From NCBI GenBank assembly GCA_963675495.1, contig OY776215.1:512001-576000 (forward strand): a stretch of 64,000 nucleotides of DNA, in the 5' to 3' direction. Both the position numbers and the translations under genes were made by a program. Each line of letters begins with the position of its first letter. The first letter of the stretch is position 1. The stretch is from an uncultured Methanolobus sp. GTDB lineage: Archaea; Halobacteriota; Methanosarcinia; Methanosarcinales; Methanosarcinaceae. Shown here one piece after another: positions 19,010-28,890 of the stretch. The notes beneath the pieces were generated by a model. That model was not told the DNA's origin and ran no database searches. It saw nothing but the letters and a program-made list of their open reading frames with translations.

Positions 19010-21058
19010 TTACTTTGCAATCAAAGTATAAGCAAGCGAAAATACAGTCAGTGCAATAACAATAATTATCAAAAATAGATAATTTTCAACGGCATTTACA
19101 GCAGCATTTTCAACCAGGGAAAACAATGAAAGTATACCATCTAACATCCCTTCAAATGGACCAGTGACAGCTCGTTGCCCTTTGTCAAAAATAGTTCCAA
19201 TATCGTCTGCTTTCTCTGAGAAATAATTACGTGTTGCAGGTAACTGATACACATCTGAGGATTCATCAGTAATATCTTCATTGATAGAATACAGAGCTTC
19301 ATCACCACTATTAACTTCTTTCTCAGATCGTACAGCAATTGGAATTTGGGCTGCTACATTATCAATACCATCAGTATCAGAAACCCACCCACTATCAAAA
19401 GGACTCCAGTATTGTTTAATCTCCTTACCACTATCATAATGTGAAGACTGTGCTTCCCCATCATAACCTCCAATCCCCCTGAACTCACATACTGCAGGGG
19501 GAAGGTCAGGTGCATTAGAAGAGCTGAAATCATAGCCAAAAGTAAGTGTTGAGCCTGGCGGGAGAAGTACCCCCTCTACAGAGACAATTTGTGTACCATT
19601 GACCCTTGAAACGCTAAGATCCCATTCACTTAGCGGCAAATCGCTCCCTTCCAGGCTCTTTTCCAAACTACCACCCACATAGCTTAGTTCATCGGGAATA
19701 ATATCTGTCAGGTTTACCCAGGATGCACGGTCTCCATCATTGTACGCTTTAAGAGTGACCGAGTAATCAGTGCCTGAACCAGACAGAGATTTGGACAGGA
19801 TCACATGAGGACCATGGACTGTTATACTGCCTGATTCGGAATTCCAGGTGAATTCCTTTCCAAAAAAATTTGCAGTGGCAACTACGCTGTCAAAAGAGTA
19901 TTCACCCTGCCTTATTGGAATCAGCTTTTGCCCGAGATAATACTGTCCGTCAGGAGCCATTCCATTATAACTACCAGACTCATATGTTTCATAGATAACA
20001 AATTCATCAGGTACCTGTGTAAAGTCTATAGTCAGATCATCAACTGTGTACAGACCTGTATTGTAAACATGGGTCCGGAGGAATGAATACTCCCAGGCAT
20101 CCCAAATCTCATAGTCTTTAGAGTTACGGTTATCAATACTACTTTCAAATTCCTGGACATACCAGGAAGTCATATTGATCTCTTCATTCACGATTTTAAA
20201 AACAACCTTTATATCAGGCTCTGTACAACCAAATGAGTAGGAATTATTGGCATCAAAGTAACCATCTTTTATGTCATACCCACCAGCCGTTGCGTTGACA
20301 TAATAGATAAGGTCATAAGGAGATGTCTTACCATCCCATTCAGGTGCAACTATAGTAAAATTGATGCTGGTAGTATCACCGACTTCAAGGCAGCCAAGGT
20401 TCTTTTTTATAATTCCATCCCTGTACTCAAAATCCCCTTTAGCTTTAAGTCTGAACTCACCAATATCAACATTAAGGATTGCATTCTCAATCCAGGCTTC
20501 GCCAGTATTTTTCACTTCCACATCAATGTGTTTCTCTTCACCCGGAGCGTATTGTTCTGATGAGACATCAACATCATCGACCGTCTCAGAACTTGCTTCA
20601 ATAATTATTTCAAGTTCCGGCCATCCTCTTGAAAAGATTTCCACATGAGCAGAAGGTGTTTTCTGACTATCTTCTGTGATATCAGTGAGTTCAACTTTAA
20701 CCTCATTATCCCACTCGAACCACTTTCGATCGTAATCACCATTCAAAAAAAGGAATTCTCCCCTGACAACTCCGGCTTTCTCGATTGATATCAAAGCTGC
20801 ACTCAGATCTTCATCGAAGTCATCTGCCCTGAAAGTATAATCGATACCGTTGACTTCTATATTTTCTATTTGTCCCCACTGGATACTAAGTGAACCTTCA
20901 CTGACCCACTCCACGCAGGTATCAAGGTCATCACATGGACAATTGGTATTTGCAGATGCAAAAGGAAGGCATGAAGAGAATAGTAATACCAGTGCTGTGA
21001 GGTAGAACAGACTAAGTATATGTCCAGACGTTTTTTTCACTAAGCCCACTCTCCACAA
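19010..21058 (-). CDS. Membrane-anchored cell-surface protein (S-layer/BatD/DUF11-like beta-sandwich domains)
   Basis: Sec signal peptide; VEVKNTGE; LSKSL...VTLKAYNDG...NLTDIIP DUF11-like pattern; C-terminal TM helix. Confidence 0.7.
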   Translation of the reverse strand: MWRVGLVKKTSGHILSLFYLTALVLLFSSCLPFASANTNCPCDDLDTCVEWVSEGSLSIQWGQIENIEVNGIDYTFRADDFDEDLSAALISIEKAGVVRGEFLFLNGDYDRKWFEWDNEVKVELTDITEDSQKTPSAHVEIFSRGWPELEIIIEASSETVDDVDVSSEQYAPGEEKHIDVEVKNTGEAWIENAILNVDIGEFRLKAKGDFEYRDGIIKKNLGCLEVGDTTSINFTIVAPEWDGKTSPYDLIYYVNATAGGYDIKDGYFDANNSYSFGCTEPDIKVVFKIVNEEINMTSWYVQEFESSIDNRNSKDYEIWDAWEYSFLRTHVYNTGLYTVDDLTIDFTQVPDEFVIYETYESGSYNGMAPDGQYYLGQKLIPIRQGEYSFDSVVATANFFGKEFTWNSESGSITVHGPHVILSKSLSGSGTDYSVTLKAYNDGDRASWVNLTDIIPDELSYVGGSLEKSLEGSDLPLSEWDLSVSRVNGTQIVSVEGVLLPPGSTLTFGYDFSSSNAPDLPPAVCEFRGIGGYDGEAQSSHYDSGKEIKQYWSPFDSGWVSDTDGIDNVAAQIPIAVRSEKEVNSGDEALYSINEDITDESSDVYQLPATRNYFSEKADDIGTIFDKGQRAVTGPFEGMLDGILSLFSLVENAAVNAVENYLFLIIIVIALTVFSLAYTLIAK

Positions 21059-21253
21059 TTATGACTTACTAGATACTTTTTTAGACAGAATATATATCAG
21101 CAGGGCATACCCGGACAAAGTAACAAAAACAAAGGGTACAGCCATATTAAAGAAAGACGATGGAGTGTACCAGCATGTCGAATAGAAGGTATACAGGGAA
21201 AGTACCACTGCTGCCAGCAAACTGACTATTCTCTTCATGGTGGGTAAAATCAC
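21059..21253 (-). CDS. Small two-TM membrane protein
   Basis: Two hydrophobic helices; stop codon abuts the start of the 19010-21058 gene. Confidence 0.5.
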   Translation of the reverse strand: MILPTMKRIVSLLAAVVLSLYTFYSTCWYTPSSFFNMAVPFVFVTLSGYALLIYILSKKVSSKS

Positions 21254-21347
21254 AGTTAATCATATATCCCTTTCACAAAGGAAATACATACTGCACTTTT
21301 AACTATTGGGAACTAAATAGAATATGTGAAAATATGAAAAGATAATT

Positions 21348-21782
21348 CTATCCTCTTTTCAGCACTTCATATCCAAATACGGATATCGCTATTATAATAG
21401 ATGTCATGGAAAGCATGAATATCATGTTGGAATACATTTCTTCCAGAACGAACCATGAAAGACCCCCCAAGACATGCGTGACGCTCATAAGTAAGATAAT
21501 AAAAACACCAATTGGATAGATTTCTTCATTCTCCAGGAATTTGAGAATGGTGTAACCCATGACATAATAGAAAATGACAGTTAAAGCCAGGTACGGGATA
21601 ACAATTCCATTTTTCACTGCAAATACCAATGTTGGACTGAACTCGTGTGCAAGTATATTCTCTATGCTACCGGCAAAATAGAATGTAAAGGAGTAATCAA
21701 TGATCACTCCCACGCAGAGAAAAATAGGAATGAGCCTATAATTGTGATAGATCGATCGCAGACTCTGCAATATTTGACGCAT
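21348..21782 (-). CDS. Multi-pass membrane protein, distantly DUF5658-like
   Basis: Four TM helices; IDYSFTF...HEFSP motif; directly downstream of phoU copy 2. Confidence 0.65.
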   Translation of the reverse strand: MRQILQSLRSIYHNYRLIPIFLCVGVIIDYSFTFYFAGSIENILAHEFSPTLVFAVKNGIVIPYLALTVIFYYVMGYTILKFLENEEIYPIGVFIILLMSVTHVLGGLSWFVLEEMYSNMIFMLSMTSIIIAISVFGYEVLKRG

Positions 21783-22698
21783 AATCTTTTATCCTGCTAA
21801 AACTGTCAATTATCAACTCAACGGAATCCTCGGTCGGCAACTGGCTGGCCTGGATTAGTTTTTCGTTGAACTTTTTTTCCCTGCCAAGGACATCATTTGC
21901 AAGCTCACTGTTGGATTCCCTGAGTGCTTCGGTGCTGTCCATGAAGAGAGATCGGCACTCCTGACATAATTCTACCAACATAGAAAGCACACTTTCTGGC
22001 AACGTGATATAAGAAAAATGTAATGATATCTTAGATATGTGATCACCAATACGCTCTATATCATTTGCAGCAAGACGATAATAGAAAGACTCAACAAGAT
22101 TCAGATTATCATGCTTTGAAGGTTTTTTCAGATTCAGGCGTTCCACATGTTGCCTGGATACAAGAAGGAACATACGGTCCAGATCATCGTCACGGGATAT
22201 TATATGGCCACACATTTCCCGATCATTTTCCATAAATACAGTAGCAAGCTCATCAAGCATGAGATAGACAAGCGAGGACATCCTTTTGAGACCCTTTTCG
22301 ATTGTGAAATCCTCAGTATCAAGGAAATTCTTTATCACTATTTTCTTATCACTGCTTTCAACGATCTCAAGTCCCACAAGACGATGACATAATTCTTTGA
22401 TCTCGCGGCGTACCTCTCCAGAGATATCATCGCCAATAAGTTCTATTGCCTGATAGTCCTTAACAATATAAAGGCCCACTATATCCCTTATTATATGATC
22501 TAATTGCTTGTTTAACTTTATTTTTTTAGCCTTCTTTGAAGGCTTTGCTGCAGGAGGTTTGAGGAGTAAGGAACCATCATCCTGGTAAAAAATAGAGATA
22601 TGAGAGCCAGCTTCAAGTTTTGAGTTAAGCGCCCATTTCTTAGGCAGGGTCATAACATAAGTGGATTTGCCTGTTATCTGCACTTTTCTGCTATCCAT
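21736..22698 (-). CDS. AbrB/SpoVT-domain plus PhoU-domain phosphate regulator (copy 2)
   Basis: MDSRKVQITGKSTYVMTLPKKW; RDDDLDRMF; IERIGDH; RIKDYASNIAE. Confidence 0.92.
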   Translation of the reverse strand: MDSRKVQITGKSTYVMTLPKKWALNSKLEAGSHISIFYQDDGSLLLKPPAAKPSKKAKKIKLNKQLDHIIRDIVGLYIVKDYQAIELIGDDISGEVRREIKELCHRLVGLEIVESSDKKIVIKNFLDTEDFTIEKGLKRMSSLVYLMLDELATVFMENDREMCGHIISRDDDLDRMFLLVSRQHVERLNLKKPSKHDNLNLVESFYYRLAANDIERIGDHISKISLHFSYITLPESVLSMLVELCQECRSLFMDSTEALRESNSELANDVLGREKKFNEKLIQASQLPTEDSVELIIDSFSRIKDYASNIAESAIDLSQL

Positions 22699-22762
22699 GT
22701 GTTTTCACGTTCCAATGGGATGTTAAGACTATTGAACCGGAATTTGGCTATAAACTTTATCT

Positions 22763-22776
22763 CTATACATCTATAG
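22763..22776. promoter_or_regulatory. CTATA-N4-TATAG operator abutting the BRE/TATA of phoU copy 2
   Basis: Minus strand reads CTATAGATGTATAG-AGATAAAG-TTTATAG, the same architecture as the 9484 site. Confidence 0.5.
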
Positions 22777-22852
22777 CTTCTATGTAAAATATATAGTCGA
22801 AGCAAGAGCAAATATGACAGAGTGAAAAATTCCTTGTAGAAACACAGGAAAA

Positions 22853-24667
22853 TCATTCATTTCCTTTATTCTGACAAGGTACACTAAAATAAAATGTGCT
22901 TCCTTCTCCAAGCCTGGATTCCACCCACAGTTTGCCTTCATGCTGATCGACAATGTGCTTTGCTATAGATAATCCCAGACCATTTCCTCCAAACTTTCGA
23001 GTTGAAGTACCATCAACCTGGTAGAACTTCTCGAATATATGCTCCAGGTTTTCCTTGGGAATGCCTACTCCGGTATCTTTAACGTAGATTACGCTTTCTT
23101 GTTCATTGGGTATTGTACCAATCTCAACATAACCACCTTTGTCGGTGAATTTTAATGCATTGTCTATGAGTTTCGTAAGAGCATATGCAAGCTTTTCGGG
23201 GTCTGCTTTCACAAGCTGGTCCTTCTCGAGTTTTTTAACAACATCCACACCTGAAGTCTCAAGTTTTCCATTAAAAGTTTTACAGGCAGTTTCCACAACT
23301 CCATTAAGACTTGTTTTTACCAGATCCAATGTTCCCAGCTCATCTTCACTCCGGGCAATTTCCAGAAGGTCCTGGATCATCCAATTCTGCTTTTCAAGAG
23401 CTTGCAGTGATTTACCAAGATAAACACTTCGTTTTTCATAATTGGCCTCATCCATGGAAATCTCCACATATCCTTTCATAATATTAAGAGGAGTGCGCAA
23501 TTCATGCGAGATGTTGGAAATAATGTTGCGTTTCATTTGTTCAAGTTTCTTTACTTCCGTCATATCTTTGGCAACAGCCACATATTTTACCTCGTCTCTG
23601 TATTCCACGCTGCCCATACTCATTATAACGGACTTCATTTTACCACTAGAGGTAATGAAACTTAGCTCATGTATAAAATTGACATTGCCACCATCGGGGT
23701 TGTTGAAAACTGATTTCAGGTTTTCATCTTGTTCTTTAAAGAAGGAGTAAATATCATTACCTATGATTTCATCTTTCTGTGACTCGGCGATTTTTATGAA
23801 TGCCTCATTGATAAATTCGATCTTCCCTAAATCATCGGTAACAATAATCCCATCAAGACTGCCAGAAACTATTTTGATGAGATAGTTCCTTGTATCAAGT
23901 ATTTCCTTTGTGTTTTTTTCTTTCTCTTTGATAAGATAACCTATATGTTCTGCCATATCGTTAAAAGAACTAGCAAGTTGACCTACTTCATTTCTGGATT
24001 GGATCGTGACTTTGTGATCAAGATTTCCTTCGCCGAATATTTTCACACCTTCCTTCAATTCCAATATCGGCCTGGAAACAACAGAACCTGCAAAATATGC
24101 TACATTAGAACCCACAAGCATAAGCAAAAGAACGAACAGTCCCAGAGAGATCGTGAACTTGTCAACTGTAGTCCTTATACTTTCCTGGGACATACCCACA
24201 TGAACTTCACCTGCCGTTCCATCAAGTATAGGATATGAAATATCCCTGACAGAGCCCATTTCAGTATCAAGTAAAAGGCTACTGCTTTTTCCAATGGAAG
24301 GGTTTATCCCCTTAAGATCTATGGGAAACCCACCTTTGAAAGTATGGACCATGACCTCACCGCGTTCATCAACTATAAAAACGTACACCACTTCAGCTTC
24401 ACTTTCCTTGATCGTTTCCACAAACCATTGAAGTCGAACCTGATTATCCGTAAGAATTGGGTTCACGCTATTTTCCGCCAGATTACGTGTAATAGAGATA
24501 CCTTTTTCGTTTAATTCCGTCTTCATCATATTTGTCTGCACTACATTCAGATAAGAACCCATTAAAACACCAAGTATCAGAATAATACCTACCACAGTAA
24601 GTATCAGTTTGGCTCTGATGCTAAAATTATCAAAATTTGAAATAATGTTTTTTAACGTTTTTTGCAT
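22853..24667 (-). CDS. Membrane sensor histidine kinase (TM-extracellular domain-TM-HAMP-PAS-HisKA-HATPase)
   Basis: Two TMs, HAMP (RPILELKEG...NEVGQLASSFNDM), SHELRTPL, DNALKFT, DTGVGI, GGNGLGL. Confidence 0.93.
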   Translation of the reverse strand: MQKTLKNIISNFDNFSIRAKLILTVVGIILILGVLMGSYLNVVQTNMMKTELNEKGISITRNLAENSVNPILTDNQVRLQWFVETIKESEAEVVYVFIVDERGEVMVHTFKGGFPIDLKGINPSIGKSSSLLLDTEMGSVRDISYPILDGTAGEVHVGMSQESIRTTVDKFTISLGLFVLLLMLVGSNVAYFAGSVVSRPILELKEGVKIFGEGNLDHKVTIQSRNEVGQLASSFNDMAEHIGYLIKEKEKNTKEILDTRNYLIKIVSGSLDGIIVTDDLGKIEFINEAFIKIAESQKDEIIGNDIYSFFKEQDENLKSVFNNPDGGNVNFIHELSFITSSGKMKSVIMSMGSVEYRDEVKYVAVAKDMTEVKKLEQMKRNIISNISHELRTPLNIMKGYVEISMDEANYEKRSVYLGKSLQALEKQNWMIQDLLEIARSEDELGTLDLVKTSLNGVVETACKTFNGKLETSGVDVVKKLEKDQLVKADPEKLAYALTKLIDNALKFTDKGGYVEIGTIPNEQESVIYVKDTGVGIPKENLEHIFEKFYQVDGTSTRKFGGNGLGLSIAKHIVDQHEGKLWVESRLGEGSTFYFSVPCQNKGNE

Positions 24668-24693
24668 GTTTGTACCTGATCATTTACAAATCA

Positions 24694-25620
24694 TCATTCT
24701 TGGACAGCATATACACCGTGGTCCATCTCAACGAACATGTTGAACTGCATGTTTTTCAGAATATTTCTTCCTTCAGGGGAATCATGCATACTGAATAAAG
24801 AGGACTTAAGCTTTCCCTCCAGTTCCCTGTCAATTTCCGGATGTACTGCAATTACAGGAGCAAGCTGAGGAGGTGATGAATAGATTATTTTCAAATTTGA
24901 AGAATAATCAAGAGAATCTTCCACAATATATTCCCACATGGTACAATCTATCTCGGCACCATCAAGTGTTCCCTGAACGATCATATCAATAAAATTATCC
25001 TGGCTGTTGCTATAAATATAGTTGGAAAAGAAAGAATCCGGAGACCCATTAATCGTCACTCGCATGTATTCAGGGACGACCTCCCCCTGCTCAAAACGAT
25101 AACTGTTGAATGCAACCCTTTTGTTTCGTAGATCCTCCAGCGAGTCGATATCATCATCAGATCTTGTAATTACATAAGAATAATAATGTATATCGCCATG
25201 AATAACAGGAATTGCTATGATATCCATTCCAAAGTCATCATGACCTTTTAGATAATCATCTTCCCTCACAAATACTGCATCCAGATATTTTGTTTCCAGC
25301 AGATAATTTAGCTCTTTCGGATTGTCCCTCTGGACTAGTTCAAAATCAAGCCCCGTATCCTCTGAAAGGTAGCCAATGAAGTCCTGATAGTAGCCCATGG
25401 TCGTTTTAGGAGATGCCATTGCAAAAACACCAATGCGGACTGATTTGTTGTTAGTATCCAAATTTTCCAGGGCCTCTGTTTTTTCAAGAGATACTGCTAA
25501 AGCCTCCTCTCCTTCAAAGCATCCGCTTGAAGCCGTTATCACTACAAAAGATAAAAGCAGAGGGACTAAAAAAAAGTATTTACCATAATGTAACATTCGT
25601 TTTTTCATTCTTTGGCTCAC
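24694..25620 (-). CDS. PhnD/SsuA-like substrate-binding lipoprotein (degenerate ligand motifs)
   Basis: Lipobox SSGC; YYSYVITRSD..I.SLEDLRNKRVAF PhnD-type fold pattern. Confidence 0.78.
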   Translation of the reverse strand: MSQRMKKRMLHYGKYFFLVPLLLSFVVITASSGCFEGEEALAVSLEKTEALENLDTNNKSVRIGVFAMASPKTTMGYYQDFIGYLSEDTGLDFELVQRDNPKELNYLLETKYLDAVFVREDDYLKGHDDFGMDIIAIPVIHGDIHYYSYVITRSDDDIDSLEDLRNKRVAFNSYRFEQGEVVPEYMRVTINGSPDSFFSNYIYSNSQDNFIDMIVQGTLDGAEIDCTMWEYIVEDSLDYSSNLKIIYSSPPQLAPVIAVHPEIDRELEGKLKSSLFSMHDSPEGRNILKNMQFNMFVEMDHGVYAVQE

Positions 25621-25758
25621 AACAACATCATTTTTACTTAAGCATATCTACCTAATTATGATACATAAGCCACTTAGTATATATAAATTGTTCATCATAA
25701 ATAAATAATGCATAGATATATATGTACGTGATATCACTACATACATTGGTGGATAGAT

Positions 25759-26685
25759 TTGAATTCAAAAAACAAATACATATTAATTATTAGTGTTTGT
25801 GCATTATTGATTTCTGTTTTGTTCCTGGTGGGTCAGTTAAATTCCCATGAAAAGGACACATTTACAAAAGGGAATGCACTCCTGATATCGACAACAACAG
25901 ACGAACCTGAAAATCCAGACCTGACCGTAAGCAAGATATTCATCAAAGGATCGGACACAATTTTGCCGGTATCTATTGCAGAGTCCGAGGCTTACATGGA
26001 ACTACACCCACAAACAGAGATTATTGTAATAGGTGGTGGGTCGTCACTGGGAATTGCCAGTTTTATAGAAGGCGAGGTTGAGATAGCAATGGCCTCCAGA
26101 AAAATAAAAGAATCAGAACTTGCAAGTGCAACAAGTAATGGAATCAATCCTGTGGAGAGTGTCATCGCCTGGGACGGAATATCCATAATTGTAAACGAGG
26201 ACAATCCGCTGGAGAGTTTAAGCATCGAGCAACTCCAAAGTATCTATATGGGAAAAATTACAAATTGGAGTGAACTTGGAGGAAGTGACGAAGAAATTGA
26301 AGTCTTAGTGCGTGACAGCAGCTCAGGAACCTACGGATTCTTTAAGGAGCATGTGCTGCAGGATGAAGAATACACATTAAGTGCGATCACAGAACCAAAT
26401 ACGGAAGCTGTAGTTGGAGACGTGGCATCAAACAGCGCTGCTATCGGATATATAGGGCTTGCCTATATGGATGACAGTGTCAAGATGCTCGGGCTTGGAA
26501 CACCAGAAAACTTCTTTTATCCTGAGTCTGAATCCATCACAAACGGAAACTACCCGCTTTCCAGGCCGCTTCAGTATTATACAAACGGACAGCCTGAAGG
26601 AACTACGAAAGAATATATAGAGTTTGTATTGAGTAACAGTGGACAGGAAATTCTTACTGAAGTGGGATATCTTCCGGTTAGCTGA
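25759..26685 (+). CDS. pstS: Second PstS-family phosphate-binding protein, N-terminal TM anchor
   Basis: KGSDTILP, GGGSSLG, MASR, IAWDGI, RDSSSGTYGFF, AIGYIG, YPLSRPL. Confidence 0.92.
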   Translation: MNSKNKYILIISVCALLISVLFLVGQLNSHEKDTFTKGNALLISTTTDEPENPDLTVSKIFIKGSDTILPVSIAESEAYMELHPQTEIIVIGGGSSLGIASFIEGEVEIAMASRKIKESELASATSNGINPVESVIAWDGISIIVNEDNPLESLSIEQLQSIYMGKITNWSELGGSDEEIEVLVRDSSSGTYGFFKEHVLQDEEYTLSAITEPNTEAVVGDVASNSAAIGYIGLAYMDDSVKMLGLGTPENFFYPESESITNGNYPLSRPLQYYTNGQPEGTTKEYIEFVLSNSGQEILTEVGYLPVS

Positions 26686-26762
26686 ACAATAAGATCAAAA
26701 ACGATATATAAATCATGGGACCTGGCTGGAAACGAAAGCAAAAATAAGAAAGAACGGAGCGC

Positions 26763-27860
26763 TTATCCCAACAATGAGTCAGGACCTATACGCCCACTCT
26801 TCACCATATGATCCGCAAGCACCAATGCCATCATAGACTCTGCCACAGGCACCATTCTTGGAGGAATTGTCGGGTCATGTCTGCCATGGACTTCAAGATC
26901 GATCTCTTTCATTGCAGCCATGTCAACGCTCTTCTGGGTCTTTGAAATAGAAGGTGTGGGTTTTACGGCTATCCTGCAGATTATTGGCAGCCCTGTGGAT
27001 ATACCACCTATCATACCACCGGCGTTATTAGTACTTGGAACTACCTTGCCATTTTCAAGTATGAATGGATCGTTCATCTGGCTACCCTTCATCCGGGAGC
27101 ATTCAAAACCAGCGCCTATTTCAACACCTTTCACGGCACCAATTCCCATCATCGCACAGGCAATATCAGCATCCAGCTTGCCGAATACTGGTTCGCCAAG
27201 ACCTGTAGGTACGCCCGTGGCTATTATTTCCACGATTCCACCAATACTATCACCTTCAAGACGGGCAGTATTCACCTGATCAAGCATCTTTTCAGCAGCT
27301 TCAGGGTCAGCACAGCGGACAACATTTTTTTCCACGTTCAAGCGTATCTCATCAAAGGAAAGCTGCTTTGCTTTTACACCACCAAGCTCAACAACATGGG
27401 CAAATACCTCAATACCTGCCTGAGAGAGGATTTTTTTGGCAACAGCACCTCCGGCAACCCTGCCAATGGTTTCCCTGCCGGATGACCTTCCGCCACCTCT
27501 GTGGTCACGGATTCCATATTTCTCAGAATAGAAGAGGTCGGCATGCCCCGGACGAGGGATGTTCTTTATGTAATCGTATGCGCTGGATTTAGCATTCTTG
27601 TTCCATACAAGCATGGATACGGGCATTCCCGTTGTAACGCCATCGATCACACCGGACAATATCTCCACTGAATCGGATTCTGAGCGGGGTGTGGATACTT
27701 CACTCTGCCCCGGACGACGGCGGTCGAGGTCTTCCTGAATATCAGCTTCTGATAATTCAAGTCCTGCCGGTACTCCATCAACAACAACTCCCAGGGCTTT
27801 ACCATGGGATTCACCCCATGTAGTTATCTTGAAAGAGTGTCCAAATGTATTTCCTGGCAT
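26763..27860 (-). CDS. aroC: Chorismate synthase
   Basis: [36 protein letters not shown]. Confidence 0.97.
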   Translation of the reverse strand: MPGNTFGHSFKITTWGESHGKALGVVVDGVPAGLELSEADIQEDLDRRRPGQSEVSTPRSESDSVEILSGVIDGVTTGMPVSMLVWNKNAKSSAYDYIKNIPRPGHADLFYSEKYGIRDHRGGGRSSGRETIGRVAGGAVAKKILSQAGIEVFAHVVELGGVKAKQLSFDEIRLNVEKNVVRCADPEAAEKMLDQVNTARLEGDSIGGIVEIIATGVPTGLGEPVFGKLDADIACAMMGIGAVKGVEIGAGFECSRMKGSQMNDPFILENGKVVPSTNNAGGMIGGISTGLPIICRIAVKPTPSISKTQKSVDMAAMKEIDLEVHGRHDPTIPPRMVPVAESMMALVLADHMVKSGRIGPDSLLG

Positions 27861-27885
27861 AATCGTATAGAGTTCCTGATAATAT

Positions 27886-28770
27886 TTATATCGACCGTGT
27901 GTGAGCCGGTTCTATGTGTACCAATACATCCTCAATTCCTTCAAAGTTTTCCTTGATCCGGTACTGGACGATATGAGAAATTGTGTGAGATTTATAGGTA
28001 GTCATATTAGGATCAACTTCGACATGAAGGTCCACGTAGACACTCCCCGGAGGACCACGTGTGCGTATATTGTGACAATCCATGACACCTTCTATATTAT
28101 GGACTACCCGAGCGATATCTTCCGGATCGATCCGAGATTCATCAATCAGGATAGAGATACTGCGGAATATTATTTCTGCACCTGCATGAAGTATAACTAA
28201 GGCTATCAATATCGAAACTACAGGATCAATGACAGGATAACCGAACCGGATAGCTATCAGGCCTATAATGACAGAAAGTGAAACGTATATGTCACTTTTG
28301 GTATGAGCAGAATCAGCAAGGAGTAACTCGCTGTTTAATTCTTTACCTTTTTTGCTTTCATAGGTAGTCACTGAATAATTGACTAACATTGTTCCAAGCA
28401 TAACTGCAAAACTGATTACAGTTACCTCCGGATGACTGCCATTTCCAAAACGGGTAAATGCCGAATGGACTATTTCAAAGGCAACAATGGCCAATATCAC
28501 AGCGATCATTATAGAAGCCAATGTTTCGAACTTACGATGCCCGTAAGGATGCTCCTTGTCAGGAGGTTTGGCTGCTATTTGGATTCCTATGAGACCCACA
28601 ATGTTTGAAACACCATCAAAAAGAGAATGAAAACCATCTGACTGCATACTGAGCACATTGGTATAAAAGCCGTACGCAATCTTGGCAAATGAAACAGCCA
28701 AATTCAGGAAAAGCACGTAGACCATCACTTTTCGTATTTGTCTGAAACGTGAGTCTATGTCATGCATCAA
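27886..28770 (-). CDS. Cation diffusion facilitator (FieF-like) metal efflux protein
   Basis: [45 protein letters not shown]. Confidence 0.93.
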   Translation of the reverse strand: MMHDIDSRFRQIRKVMVYVLFLNLAVSFAKIAYGFYTNVLSMQSDGFHSLFDGVSNIVGLIGIQIAAKPPDKEHPYGHRKFETLASIMIAVILAIVAFEIVHSAFTRFGNGSHPEVTVISFAVMLGTMLVNYSVTTYESKKGKELNSELLLADSAHTKSDIYVSLSVIIGLIAIRFGYPVIDPVVSILIALVILHAGAEIIFRSISILIDESRIDPEDIARVVHNIEGVMDCHNIRTRGPPGSVYVDLHVEVDPNMTTYKSHTISHIVQYRIKENFEGIEDVLVHIEPAHTRSI

Positions 28771-28890
28771 TAAGAATATTGAACATCAACAATATAAAGT
28801 ATATGATTTTTATGTCTAAAAAAAGAAGGTTAGCCAACAATCGTTAACACTAAGTGCTTTAATATATTAATAAATACATCATGTATTCAG

